From assembly GCA_004431415.1 (NCBI GenBank), contig QPMI01000113.1, forward strand, positions 248,001 to 312,000: DNA of 64,000 nucleotides. Reading direction: 5' to 3'. The stretch's first letter is position 1. Every line of letters starts with the position of its first letter. Positions 24,924 to 36,620 of this stretch are shown here, in pieces. Under the pieces are notes generated by a model. That model saw only the letters and a list, made by a program, of their open reading frames with translations. It did no database searches and was not told the origin of the DNA. The DNA comes from Cyanophora paradoxa CCMP329. Its lineage: Eukaryota > Plantae > Glaucophyta. Position numbers and translations under genes: made by a program.

Positions 24924-27900
24924 ATGGCGCGGGCGCTCCTCCTGCTGGCGCTGTTGGCGACAGTCGCTCTCGCAGACGAGCCTGTCCCTAAGCGCCTTGC
25001 TGGCCCCGTATTCCAGCAGGACAGCAACGGGGTGCGCTCAATGAGCATTCTACAGCCAGCGCTTAGTGACAGGAGATCGGGCAATGCCGCATGGGCCTTC
25101 AGTGCGGAAGGGGCGAACCGCGTCAGCAAGCGCTTGACGATTCCGCCGACGGCGAAGCGAGTCTCGATCCTCTCCATGGCCAGCGCCGCCTCGGACGTGG
25201 AAGCATCGATTTGGTCCGCGCGCCTGGCCCCAGGCGGCGACGGCGAAGCAGCGGATCGCGTGAAGCCGCTGCATGAGGCGGCGGCGGAGGTGCACAGGCA
25301 GGTCTTCGAGCGGGGGGCTTCGAAGACGCGCCTGGAGCAGTACGACCTGGTGCCCCTCTCCGAGTCGGAGGAGTCCGCGATCAGCGTGGAGCAGGCGTCG
25401 GGCTCGCCCGTGCTGGTTGTGCTGGAGGACGCCTCGCGGCTGGAGCTCGTCGTGCGCTACGGGCACGACCGGTTCGTCGAGGGCCGCGAGGTGCCTGTCC
25501 AGGTCGAGCTTCTCGTCGCCGGCGGCGCGGCGCCCAGCGAGGCCGAGCGCGGCGCCATCCAACAGGCCGAGGCGCGGCTCTACGTGCGCCGCGCCGTCAC
25601 GGGCGGGCCCGGGGACGCGCCGGAGGAGGAGCTCGAGCTGCGGCGGACGGCGCCGGGCCGCTGGGCTGGTGCGGTGCGGATCGGCGGGGCGGGGCGGCAC
25701 GAGCTGCGGGTGCACGCGTCGGCGCCGCGGGAGGCGGAGCGGACGGTCGTTGACGCCGTTCACGCCGCCGGGGCCGACGCCCGTCTCGAGGAGCGGCCGC
25801 TCGCGCTCGTCTCGCGCGACCCCAGGCACCCCGACCTCTACGCTCAGGTGCTGCGCTCTGCCGGCGCCGGGCGCGCCGCGCGGAGCGCTGAGGCGGGCGG
25901 GGCCGGCGCAGGTGGACATCCCCGTGGAGTGCCGGGACCGGGCGGCCTGCGGCCCCTTCGAGCTCTACGCCGAGCTCTTCGGCTTCCCCGCCGGCGCCGG
26001 CGCGAGCGAGGCCGCCGCCGTCCCCATCAACTGGTTCGGCGGCATCGCCTCCGTCGTCCCCTGCGGCCAAACCGTCTCCTCGGACTCGCGCCGCCCCCGC
26101 GGGAACGAGGAGGAGGCGGCAGACGTGCCGCCGCTCTGCGTGCGGGGGTACGTGCACCTGGGCTGGCCGGCGCTGGCGGGCGGCGGCTGGGACTCGGCGG
26201 GCCTGCGGAACGTGCGCCTGCGGGAGCGGGAGACGCACGTGGTGGTGGCCGAGGCGGAGGGCGCGGGGGTGCGCGACCCCGAGGGCCTCCTGCAGCCGCC
26301 CCGCCCCGCCGGCGGCCTCCTCTCCGGCATCCTCGGCGCCGGCGGACGGCGCGCCCCGTCCCTGGAGATGACCGAGGGCCCGAGGCCGGCGCGCCACGTG
26401 CAGCCGGCCGAGGCGACGCGGGGGGGGGCGCCCTCGCCGCCGGTGCGGGCGGCGGCGGTGGCGCCGACGGACTTCGCGCCGGCGCACTCGCAGACGGGGC
26501 TCGTGGTGGTGCACGGCTACTGCGCGGACGGCTCCGACTGGTACCTCTCCAACTTCACCGACGCCGTCCGCTTCATGGACTACGGCCAGGCCCGCCCCGC
26601 CCCGCCCGCCCCGCCCCCGCCCCCGCCTTCTTCCCCACCCCGACGGGGCCCCGCAGGGCGTCTCGAACGACGAGTTCGCCCGGCGCCTCTCCGTCTTCGG
26701 CTCCTCGCTGGCCACGTGCACCCTCGCCGCGCACTCGCAGGGCGGTGCGCGCCCCGCTCCGCCCCCGCCCCGGTGGGCGGAGGTCGCCCTGACGCCCGTG
26801 CGGCCGGCGCGGCAGGCATGGCCTCCCTCCACATGCGCAACTTCTACCACAGCGTGCGCCGGCCGCTCCGCCCCGCCCTTGCGCGCCTCACGCGAACGTT
26901 GTCCCCCGGGAGGCAGTGCCTGGACGGGAACACGAACCGGACGGGCGGGGCGCGCCTCATCCAGACCGTGGGGACACCCTTCCACGTGCGGCGCCCCGCG
27001 GTGCGCGCATGCGGGCTCGGAGTCGAGGGGGCGCGCAGGGCTCGTCCATCGCCGGGCGCTGGGCCTCCATCTTCGGGCTGCTCGGGTACGGCTGCGGGAG
27101 CGTCGCCGACCTGACCCCGACGGGCGCCGAGCTCTGGCTCTCCTACATGCGCGACGAGGCGAGGGCGCCGCCGGCCGCCGGCCCGCTGCGCGCGCTGAGG
27201 CGGGACGGGGCCAGGCGCGGCGGGACGTGTACTACTTCGCGACGCGGTCGCCGGCGGGGGAGCTCCCCTGCGACCGCCGCACTGACCTCCTCCTCCTCAA
27301 GCCCAACGACGGCGCCACCGAGAACCTCTACAACCAGCTCGCCGGTGCCCGCCCCCGCCCGCCCCCATCCTCCCCGCGCCTGACGGGCCTCGTCTCCGTC
27401 CCAGGGGCGAACTCGATGGGGGTGACGGAGGCCGAGTGCCACATGGACATGATGAACTACCCCTCGCAGACACTCAACGGCTCGCGCAACGTCGACATCT
27501 CCCGCCACGCCGCCCGCCGTCCGCCCCGCCCGCCGCCGTGGCCCCCCCACGCGTGGCCGCCCTGAGGCGCCGCCGCAGTGCCCATCCCGCGCGTCATCCG
27601 CAGCGACTACCTCGGGCTCATCCTCGGGTGCGGTGCGCGCCCTCCTCGGCCGGCCTCGCCTGAGGGGGCGGCAGGGTGATGGGCGGCCTCATCGCGGGGA
27701 GCCTCGCCGTGGGCCTCGCCGTCCGCTGGTACCGCGCCAGGCACGCCGCCGGCGAGGAGGACCTCGAGGCCTCCGCCCCGCTCCCCGCCGCGTGCGCCCC
27801 CGCACCCGCCGCCCCCTCCCCGTCTTGCTCTCGCCCGACCCCGCGGCCCCCGCGCAGCGCCGCCTCCCGCCCCGGCGCCTCGGAGCGGACGCCGCTCCTC

Positions 27901-27945
27901 GCCGGTGCCGCAGCCGGCGCTCCAGGCCCCTCCCGGAAGAAGTAG
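24924..27945 (+). CDS. Conditioned medium factor (CMF)-like alpha/beta-hydrolase-fold protein with signal peptide and C-terminal TM anchor
   Basis: Signal peptide MARALLLLALLATVALA; CMF-family motifs VVHGYCA, SNDEFA, AHSQGGMASLH, LIQTVGTPFHGS, GYGCG, NDGATE, ECH...YPSQ...SRN...HAA; TM segment LGLILGVMGGLIAGSLAVGLAV. Confidence 0.8.
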
Positions 27946-28311
27946 GAGGCCCTTCGTCTGCTCCCCCTTTCCCTCGTTGTCATCCAGATGTGTAGAGTCA
28001 TCCTTGAGGTCGAAGTTCAGTTTTGGCCCCTTTCAGGGATGCAGCTATATATGATTATGTGTAGGATGCGTGATCGACCCGTACCAGTACTTGAGCTGGT
28101 GATCATGACTTTCACCGGTACTTCAGTCGGCGTCAGGCCTAGCACAAGAGCACGCGCACATGTACACAGCCGCGCTTGCAATTGCTAGCTCCACTGGACC
28201 GAGGCCGAAAACCGGTACCGGCCGGCCGTGGTGCGCCACGCAGTGGCCCCGCGCGTTGCACGTACGTATACGTATACCGGTACACTGCACACATGTACAC
28301 GCGTACGTGCA

Positions 28312-28474
28312 CGCAGCGTTAGCGCTACAGCCAAGGATTCCGGAAACAGCCGCTCACCATCGGCGCAGCGTTAGCGCTACAGCCAAGGATTCCGGAAACA
28401 GCCGCTCACCATCGGCGCAGCATTAGCGCTATAGCCAAGGATTCTGGAAACAGCCGCTCACCATCGGCGCAGCG
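28312..28474. repeat. 3 x 52-bp tandem repeat directly upstream of tRNA-Gln
   Basis: Unit TTAGCGCTAYAGCCAAGGATTCYGGAAACAGCCGCTCACCATCGGCGCAGCR; AGCGCTA starts at 28321, 28373 and 28425. Confidence 0.95.
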
Positions 28475-28482
28475 CATCAACC

Positions 28483-28554
28483 GGTCCTATGGTGTAACGG
28501 TTAGCACCCAGGACTCTGAATCCTGTAATCCCAGTTCGAATCTGGGTAGGACCT
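28483..28554 (+). tRNA. trnQ-CUG: tRNA-Gln(CTG), copy 1
   Basis: 72-nt cloverleaf GGTCCTA..TAGGACC-T, anticodon arm CAGGA-CTCTGAA-TCCTG, T-loop TTCGAAT, followed by a TTTT Pol III terminator. Confidence 0.97.
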
Positions 28555-29490
28555 TTTCGCCCGCTGCCGTTCCTTCCGCCCCTGTACCCGGCGAGCCGCG
28601 GTGCTGCCGGTGCGCAGCTTGTGTGCGCTGTGCTTCGTTTTGGCTGTGCTTCTGCCGACGCGTCTCGCGCGGTCGCGAGCTCGCGACGAGTCGTCAGGCC
28701 ACAGCATCGAAACTGTGCCGCGCGCATGGCGCTCCAGCATCGAAACAGCCCGAGCACCTTCGGCGTGGTCGTCCTCTCCCTCGACTCCCCCGACTCGGAG
28801 CTCCGCCGACGGCCTCTACACCGTGTACCAGGCTCGCCGCCCCGGTCCCCTGCCGCGCGCCTCGGTCGCCGACTGACGTACGCGTCGACGCTGGGGCCGC
28901 GGCAGACGGCCGGCGACTTCTCCGGCGTGCGCCTCATGATCATGCATATGAACGTTGACGCGACTGCCCTGCGACCCGCGGCCCTGGCCCCCGAGTGCAT
29001 GCCCGTGCCGACCGTACGCAATGGGTGTGCGATATCATGCCTTCCACCCCGCGCAGCTTCCACCTCTTACGCTCAGCCCAGGCGCGTGCGCAACGGCACC
29101 TGTGAGTGCGCGCGGCCTGGGCCGGCGCCGCGCGCCCGCGCGACCTGGGCCGCGCGCCCGCGCGACGATGGCAAGCGCAACCCCGCTGCACCGCGCCCAC
29201 CTCGCATGGGCGAGGGCGAAATCCCGTGCGGCCAGGCGCCGAATTCGACTCGGTGAGCGCCTCGGATCCCGGAGCCTTTCATGCCGCCCTTCCGCAACAG
29301 GTCGACGTCGCGCCCCCCGAGGTCGAGGGGCATTCGCCCCGGCCCGCGAGTGGTGCGCCCCGAGTGCATCCCCCGCTGAGCCTTCATTGACGGAAGGCCG
29401 GTCTGCAGGGAGCCGCAGTTCGGCGCGGAGGAGGGGATGGTGACGTCTGCGCGTCATGGCGTGGCCCATGTGAGCCAACACGCGCGTGCC

Positions 29491-29773
29491 TGTCGCATCC
29501 GACTTTACAGTGGATGCTCGATTGTGAGCCGCTAGGGCTCTAGATGATGTATGCAGCCTTCGTGCTGCTAGGCCGACGGCGCCTAGGCTAGTTAGAGCGC
29601 CGCGGTCATTTGTATGCGTGTGTCGGGGTACGCCGTAGTTGGACGGGTACACCCTCAGTCTACCATCACGGTGGCTAACAGCAGCAGCACTCGCCAAACC
29701 CCGCCCTGCTGAGCTTGCACTCCGCACGGGCTTCTCGCGCGCACGATTAGACACACTAATCTCGCACGCGACA
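29491..29773 (+). repeat. 5' LTR
   Basis: TG..CA termini with 6-bp inverted ends; no difference from the 3' LTR found by eye. Confidence 0.97.
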
Positions 29774-29798
29774 GGCGCCATTCTGCCGGAATCGAACC
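29774..29798 (+). promoter_or_regulatory. Primer binding site, complementary to a tRNA 3' end through the T-loop (tRNA-Sec-like geometry)
   Basis: GGCGCCATTCTGCCGGAATCGAACC; reverse complement GG-TTCGATT-CCGG-CAGAATGGC-G-CC. Confidence 0.85.
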
Positions 29799-30263
29799 TT
29801 CAAGGGTCTGAGTCCGTATCGCTCTCCCCAGCCCCGCCGCGCAGCGCGCATCGCTGCGCCGCCTTGCCCAGTGTCTATTGGAGCCAGAGACCTGCTTTCC
29901 GCGCGAGCGCCGTCCCCACGGTTGCTTTGCGTTTGAGTGCGCCGCCCTGTACCGCTTGCGGTTGGACGGTAGTGCACCGGAAACGTCTCTAGTGCCTATC
30001 GCGGGCTTCGGGTCATCCCCAGACCGAAGCGCACGCGCCGAGCTCTCTCTCGAGAGTCTCATCATTGCCTGTCCCATCGCCGGTTGCGAGCAACCGTGCC
30101 ACGGAGACTGCTGCGAGCAGCTCTCTAAGTGTCCCTGAGTCGCGCTCTTGCGTGACCGCGAGATCCCCGCGCCGGATTCTGCAGCGAGCTGCAGATCAAA
30201 TCCCGCGCCTAGTGCTCTCCCCGGCATCTTGTTCTTGCGGCTTTACGTTGCAAAGAGAACAAC

Positions 30264-32100
30264 ATGTCAAACCCCTCGGAACTTCTTAGTTCTGAAGTCC
30301 GGAGCCAGCTGTCTGCGCTCGCGCATGTTGAGCCTGCGAAGGCCGAACTTGCTGTGCAGTACGCCGCCCCCGGCGCCTCGGCTGTGGCTGATGACGATCC
30401 CGCGCGGATCGGATTCTTGCCCGCCCAGCCCCGCCTCGCCGATGGTGACCGGTTCCGCAAGGACGTCCGGAACTATCAGTCGGCGCAGCCGACGAAGTAT
30501 CTCTTTGGCCCCGACGCTGCCGGCGGCCAGGAGTATACTAAGTCCGAGGCTCTTGCCGGAGTGATCGTCGGGCGCATCCGCCCCGGCGCCCTCCGCGCCG
30601 TAATCGAGCGTAAGCGCGACCTCTATGAGGCCTCTATTGCTGGCCTGGAGCGTGACCGCGCTACGCTGCGGCGCCTTGAGCTCGTCCCGGCGAACTTGCG
30701 TTCTGCCGATGACGACGCCACGATCCTCGCGCTGCAGCAGAGCTGCGCGCGTGATGAGGCCTCAATCGTGGCCACGCGTGATGCGTACTTGCGTGCCCCG
30801 GGCTGCTAGACACGATCACGGCGTGGATCCACAAGGCGCGCCCGCACGCGGCCCGCCGGGCCCTCACTGAGCCCTACACGGGCGAGGATCCGCGCTCATG
30901 GCACGACTGGTTCTTGCCTCTCGTCCGGCACACGCTGCCGACGGGCCAGCGCCTCGCCGTGTACTACGCCGAGTGCCTGCGCACTGCGCTTGAGGCCCGT
31001 GCGACGAGCGAGGACCCGGAATATCAGAACCTTGATGTTCGGATGGCCGGGTTCGCGAAGCTGAACGAGCGCACGCTGCGCGAGTTCCTCACTGCGCTGG
31101 ACCAGCGCATTCTCGCTCTGGACGGCGCCCTGTCGCCGCTCCAGCTGGACGATCTATTCCTCCAGGCATGCGAGACGCACGGCTGCCGTACCGTGCTGCC
31201 ACCCCAGGCCATGGTCGCGCCCGAGGCGCCTGAGACCAAGCGCCCCCGCGTGCGCAAAATGGCCGTGGCGGCCGATGACGAGGACGAGCCTGACGAGGCC
31301 GTCCCGACGAAATCGGTGCACGCCGCCCCCGGCACCAAGGCGCCGCCGGGCGCCCCCGTCTTGAGCCGCCGGCACCCGGACGAGGAAAACCTGGGGTACC
31401 CGTGCACCACCACGACGCCATGCCCCCTGTGCATGCACGTGGAGATGCCGGCCCTCGACCGCTGCCACTTTACGTGGAATTGCGCGTGGGGCACGGCCCC
31501 GTTCCCCGGCATCCCGTACGCCGACTGGGTGAAGGGGATCGCTGAGAAGCGGGCGGGCTTGAAGCGCCGCGAGCGCGCGACCCGCGAGGACGAGGGCCCG
31601 ACCGCGACGAGCGCGGGGACCCCGGCCCGAACCGCGGCGGTTACGCCCACCGCGGTGGACACCGCCAGGAGCCGTACCCCCGGGGCGGTTTCCAAGCCCG
31701 CGGCGGGTTCCGCGGCGGCGCCCGCAGCGGCTACGCCGGCGGCTCCGGCCGTGGCCCGGCCTCCGGCCCGAACCAGCGCCCGCTGGGGAAGGGTAAGGAG
31801 ACGAGCGAGCAGGATGAGCAGCGAGGCTGCTGGACCTGCGGCTCGCTGGACCACATGCGCCGGGATTGCCCCTCCGCCCAGGGCAACGCCCAGAGCGGCC
31901 GTGGCCGCGGCTATGGCCCTGAGCAGAACCGCGGGCCCCGGCCCCGGTTCAACCAAGTTCGCGCCGGAGGCGATCCGCCGCGCTCCGAGCCGCAGCCCCT
32001 CACGGACGGGCCGGACCGGAAAACCTCTGCAGCCCCGCAGAGTCGGTCCGCGGCGTTGCACGCCAGCAACAGCCGGCAGCGCTCGTCGCTGCACTTCCCC
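30264..32100 (+). CDS. gag: Gag (frameshifted at ~30800 and ~31700) with CCHC zinc knuckle
   Basis: ORFs 30264..30809 and 30914.. join across a 1-nt indel in CCCCGGG; CWTCGSLDHMRRDC (CX2CX4HX4C) at ~31827-31869. Confidence 0.75.
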
Positions 32101-32199
32101 ACGCCCGCCGCCGACCCTGGTGACCTCACCGGGTACGGCCCGGACCGCCCGTCGGACCTCGCGGTCCCGGAGTCCCCCGAAGGCGCGCCGCCCGGCAGC

Positions 32200-32601
32200 C
32201 TCAACGCCCCTATCCCGATTGCGCATGTGATCGATGGGATCTCGGGCCGCCCGCACGATTTCCGGCGCCTGCAGCTGCAGTGCCCAGGATTCGTCTACGC
32301 CCTGAATGCTGACGGCACTCTCGGCGCTAGCACGCGTGTCCAAATCCTCTTTGACACCGGCGCTATGGGCGAAGTTGGCGAGAAGCGCCACATGCCCCCG
32401 GGCACCCGGTACACGGGTGTGAAGGTCCTGAGGGCCTTCCTGCACCACGCCACGATCACGGCCGAAATCGCGCACGTCGTGCTGCGCTTCGGTGACGTGT
32501 ACGTCTCGCGGGCCGTGTACGTCGTCCCCGACGGCTCCCTGGGCCCCAATGCCGACCTGCTCGTGGGCATCGGCACGATCATGATGGTCGAGGGCGGATA
32601 G
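32200..32601 (+). CDS. pol: Retrotransposon aspartic protease
   Basis: VQILFDTGA active-site motif at ~32338-32364 and downstream ADLLVG. Confidence 0.8.
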   Translation, partial: LNAPIPIAHVIDGISGRPHDFRRLQLQCPGFVYALNADGTLGASTRVQILFDTGAMGEVGEKRHMPPGTRYTGVKVLRAFLHHATITAEIAHVVLRFGDVYVSRAVYVVPDGSLGPNADLLVGIGTIMMVEGG

Positions 32602-33865
32602 ACACGACCAGCTCTGGCTGGTGCCTGCACGCGCGCGACGCGCAATTCCGCCCCCACGTGATCCCTTTTTGCTGCCCGGACAAACGAAGGGGCCTCTCCT
32701 TGTCCGGGTCCTTCGCCCTGTCGTCCTGAAGGACGCGCGCGAGTGGATGGTCCGCTGCGTGATTGACGGCCCTGCGCCGCCTGCGGACCAGGCTCCGACG
32801 CTCGCCGTCGGGCCGGCGCCCGACTCCTTGTCGGCGCTCGGGTACTCGCGCCCCACCAGCTGCACCGGCGCCCAGCCGCGGGCGGCAGCCTGCATGTGCG
32901 GCTATTAAATCCCGCCAATGAGCCCGTCCTGCTGCCAGCAGGGGCCGTTGTTGCGGTGGCGGAGGCTAACAACCTGCCGCCCGGCGACTTCGGGTATGAC
33001 CCGCCACCAGACGATGCGCCCGTGCGCGCAGTCGCCGATACTTTCATCCGCACGCTGCGAGCCTTTTACCCTAAACGGGCCAAGGCTTCCGCTCGATGCG
33101 TCGCCGGGCCAATCGAACGGCCGCGGCTTATATGGCAGCTGAGGGCGCGCCGACGCCCCAGCACCCTGCCCCGGGCCTATCTTTGCGGCACCCGCCGCCC
33201 GGCAGTCCGATGCGACTGCAGCCACCGGGCAGGAGCCTGCGCCGAGCGCACCTCCGCTGTTTGTCCGCATGATGCGCGACGACGACGACGAGGGCCATGA
33301 GGTCCCATCGTCACGATGGAGGGCCTCGCGCTCCACGATGAGCCGGTGTCGTCCGACACCGACTCGGAGCTCGAGCGCGACGTCGGGTACCCGGGTTGGA
33401 CCTCCCCAGAGGAGCGTGAACGAACCCGGCCGGCCCGCCGCGCCGAGCGCGCCGCACGCCGCCGCGCCCGCGCGGCGCGCGTTGCGCGTCAAGGGGCTAA
33501 CGTAGTCCCAACCAATCCCTCCGGGATCAAATAAATCTCGCTGCCGACGCAGCCGAGCAGCCGGCGCCTGCGCCGAGCACAGCTGCTGCCCGCCCCGCGA
33601 CGGCACCAGCGCCGCTGGACGGCCCTGGCTGCTCCGTCCGTACCACGGACGCGCCGGGCGCGCCTTCTGCAGCCGAGTCCTCTGCCGCGCGCGGCAGGGA
33701 CAAGGGCAAGGCGCCGCTGCGAGCCGCCCCTCCGGGCCCAGCGCCTGGACCCTCCCATGGCGGCCCCCGCGGGCGCCTCCGGAAACGACGGGGACGTCGT
33801 CTTCCGAAGAGGAGGAGTGGAACCGAGCACGTGCTAAAATCCCGGAATGCGGCTCGCATCCGGCG

Positions 33866-35277
33866 ATGAGCACTGCTGAACGCGCCGAGCTCGAGGCTCT
33901 GCTCAAGCGCTATTCGTGCGCGTTCGCCGACTCGGTCACGGCCACCGAGGGCACGGCCAACCTCCTCCACTACGAGCACGTGATCCGATTGACCTCACGG
34001 CTGCCCGTCTTCACGCCCCCGCGGCGTGTAAGCCCGCACGCCGAGGCCTTCGCCCGTGCTGAAATAAAGCGGCTCCTTGAGCTGGGCTTGATCCAGCCCT
34101 CGCAAGCCGCCTACGGCTCGCCGGTCGTGCTCGCTCCTAAGAAGGACGGCACCTGGCGGTTCTGCGTCGATTACCGACGCTTAAATGCAATCACCGAGCG
34201 CGACGTCTTTCCGCTGCCGCGGATCGACGATCAGCTGGACCGCCTGCGGGGGTCCATGATCTTCTCGACCGTCGACGCGACGGCGGGCTTCTGGCAGCTG
34301 CCGCTGGACCCTGCGTCCCGGCAGTACACGGCCTTCGTGGTGCCCTGGGGCCACTACGAGTGGCGCGTGACCCCGTTTGGCGTGACCAACGGGCCGGCCG
34401 CCTTCTCGCGCGCCGTGACCGCCATCCTCGGCCCCCTGCTCACGACTTGCGTCACCGCTTATATCGACGATATAACGGTGTTCTCGCCGAGCGTGCCCCA
34501 GCACCTGCTGGACCTCGAGGCCTTGTTCCGCGCAATCATGCCGGCGAACTTGCGCCTGAAGCCCTCCGAGGCTCCAAGTGCCGCTTCGGGGTGGCTGAGG
34601 TTGCCCTGCTCGGGCACCTCGTCTCGGCCGAGGGGATCCGCCAGGACCCCGCGAAGCTGGCGTTCATTCGCCAGTACCCGCCGCCAGCGAACGCTGACCA
34701 ATTGAGGTCGTTCCTGGGCTTGGCCGGGTACTACCGGCGGTTCGTGAACGGGTTTGCCCGTGTCACCCACCCTTTGCAGCGCCTGCTGCTTCGGGACGCC
34801 GTGTGGCAATGGACCGAGGTCCACCAAGCCGCCTTCGAGGCGCTGAAGGCTGCCCTGCTCGAGGATCTGGTACTCGGGTACCCGGATTTCGAGCGGCCCT
34901 TCATCCTGTCGACCGACGCGTCGACGTACGCCATCGGCGCGATCCTGTCGCAGTCCGACGGCGGCTCGCCCGCCCGTGAGCGGCCCATCGCGTTCATCAG
35001 CCGAACGCTGGCGCCCGCTGAGCGGAATTACACCGCCACCGAGCTCGAGTGCTTGGCGGTTGTATGGGCAATAAAATACTGGCGGCACTTCCTCTTGGGA
35101 GGGCCCCAGTTCCTGGTCCGGACGGACCACCAAGCGCTCCAGTGGCTGCGCTCGCGCGAGGCGACCTCTGGGAGGCTGGGACGCTGGTCCCTCCTCCTGC
35201 AGTCCTACGACTTCGTCGTAGAGTACCGCGCGGGGCGCAATAACGGAGGGCCCGACGCCTGCTCGCGGCCCCGTTGA
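33866..35277 (+). CDS. pol: Reverse transcriptase + RNase H (frame broken by an 8-bp insertion at 34568-34575)
   Basis: [75 protein letters not shown]. Confidence 0.95.
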
Positions 35278-36620
35278 ACCACCCGGTTCTCGCCCCTGGC
35301 GGCGCCGACGGCAGCTCAGCCGCGCCTGACGCGCTGGCTGGCGCTGCGGGGCATGGCGTGCCCCAGCCCGGCGACCTCGATGAGCCGCTGCCGCTGTTTG
35401 CAGTCGCTCTGGGCGCCGAGGGCGCTGCGGACGCCCGGGTTGCCGTGGAAGCCCCGCCGGGCCCCGCCTGACCGAGCTGGCTGATGAGCCGGACGAGGCC
35501 GCGCTGCCGGGCCCCGCCCATGCGCCTGGGCCCGCCGAGGCCGAAACGCCGGCGGCCCCGCCGAGTCGGGCGGAGATCCTCGTCGCGAGGCGACAGGCCC
35601 GTCTCCGGCGCCAGCTCGCCTTCGAGGGCGCTCCCGCCGCGAGGCGAGACGTCCAGCCCGCCCAGGGGCCGCGTCCACGCCGGACGCGCGCGCCGCCTGA
35701 GGCCTTCCGAGAGGGCTCCGACGATGAGCCCGTCTCCCTCTCCGAGCGCGCGCCCAGAGCCGCGCCGGCGGACGCCGAAGACGAGCCCCAGGGGGCCCCG
35801 GCGCCGCCCGAACCCCGAGCCCCTGCCGCTGGGCAGGAGGCGCCCCTGCCCGCAGCCCTGCAGCTGCCGCAGGCCGGCCCGCCGACCCGGCGCGGCCGCA
35901 AGCCGACCACCTGGGCCGCGATGCGGCAGGAGGTTGACGAGTGGCACCGCCTCGCTGTCGAGCAGGGCCTGCCGCCGGCCCCGCGCTCTCCGAGCCCACC
36001 GCCGGCTCCCGAGGCCGACCCCATGGAGCTGGGCTCCGATGGCGAGGTCGCCCCGCCCGTGCCGGGGCCTGAGGCCCCGCGCGAGGCGTCCGAGCTTGAG
36101 CTCGACGAGGACGGGTTCCCCGTTACCCTCCTCGATCGCGTACGCCGCCGGCTCCCGTCGGGACCGCGGCGCTACGAGGGGCCTGTCGCGCCCCTGCCGC
36201 GCGACCAGCGTCCGCCTGAGGCCCCGCGCCGGGCAAGACGCCCCGCAAGGCCGACAACCCGCGCCACTGGCGCTGCGGCCCGCCGCTGTACCCCCGTCAG
36301 GACGATCCCGACGAGGGGCCCGAGGGCGGCGCCCCGGCGGCGTCGTCCTCCGCGGCTGCGTCGACCACTGCGGCGACAGCGGGCTCATCTGAGCCGCCGG
36401 CTGCCCCTGAGGCGCCCTCGAGCGGCGACGCCGGCTCGAGCGGCGGCCCAGCCGCGGGCCTGGAACGGGAGCTCCTCTCGTCCAGCGCCATCGCCCCTGG
36501 CCCTGAGCTGGGCGAGGTCCGAGACCGCCGCAAGCCGCGCTTGCTGGAGCTGGTCCAGGACACCTGGGATTGCGCGCCGCCGCCTTCCCTTGACGGGCCC
36601 TGCCCGAGGCCCTGCGCCAC

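Noticed and set aside
28312-28474. CRISPR array
   Set aside because: The 52-bp units are contiguous with no unique spacers, there are no cas genes, and the context is eukaryotic.
28483-28554. Suppressor tRNA or altered genetic code
   Set aside because: Anticodon is CTG (reads CAG); TAG, TGA and TAA all serve as stops at expected protein ends.
28600-29490. Host gene interrupted by the retrotransposon (with 39667-39900)
   Set aside because: Rejoining the flanks at the TSD gives no convincing continuous ORF or recognisable domain on either strand.
29491-29798. Tf1/sushi-type self-priming from the LTR
   Set aside because: Only the 6-bp palindrome GGCGCC in the LTR matches the PBS, whereas the PBS matches a tRNA 3' end through the T-loop.
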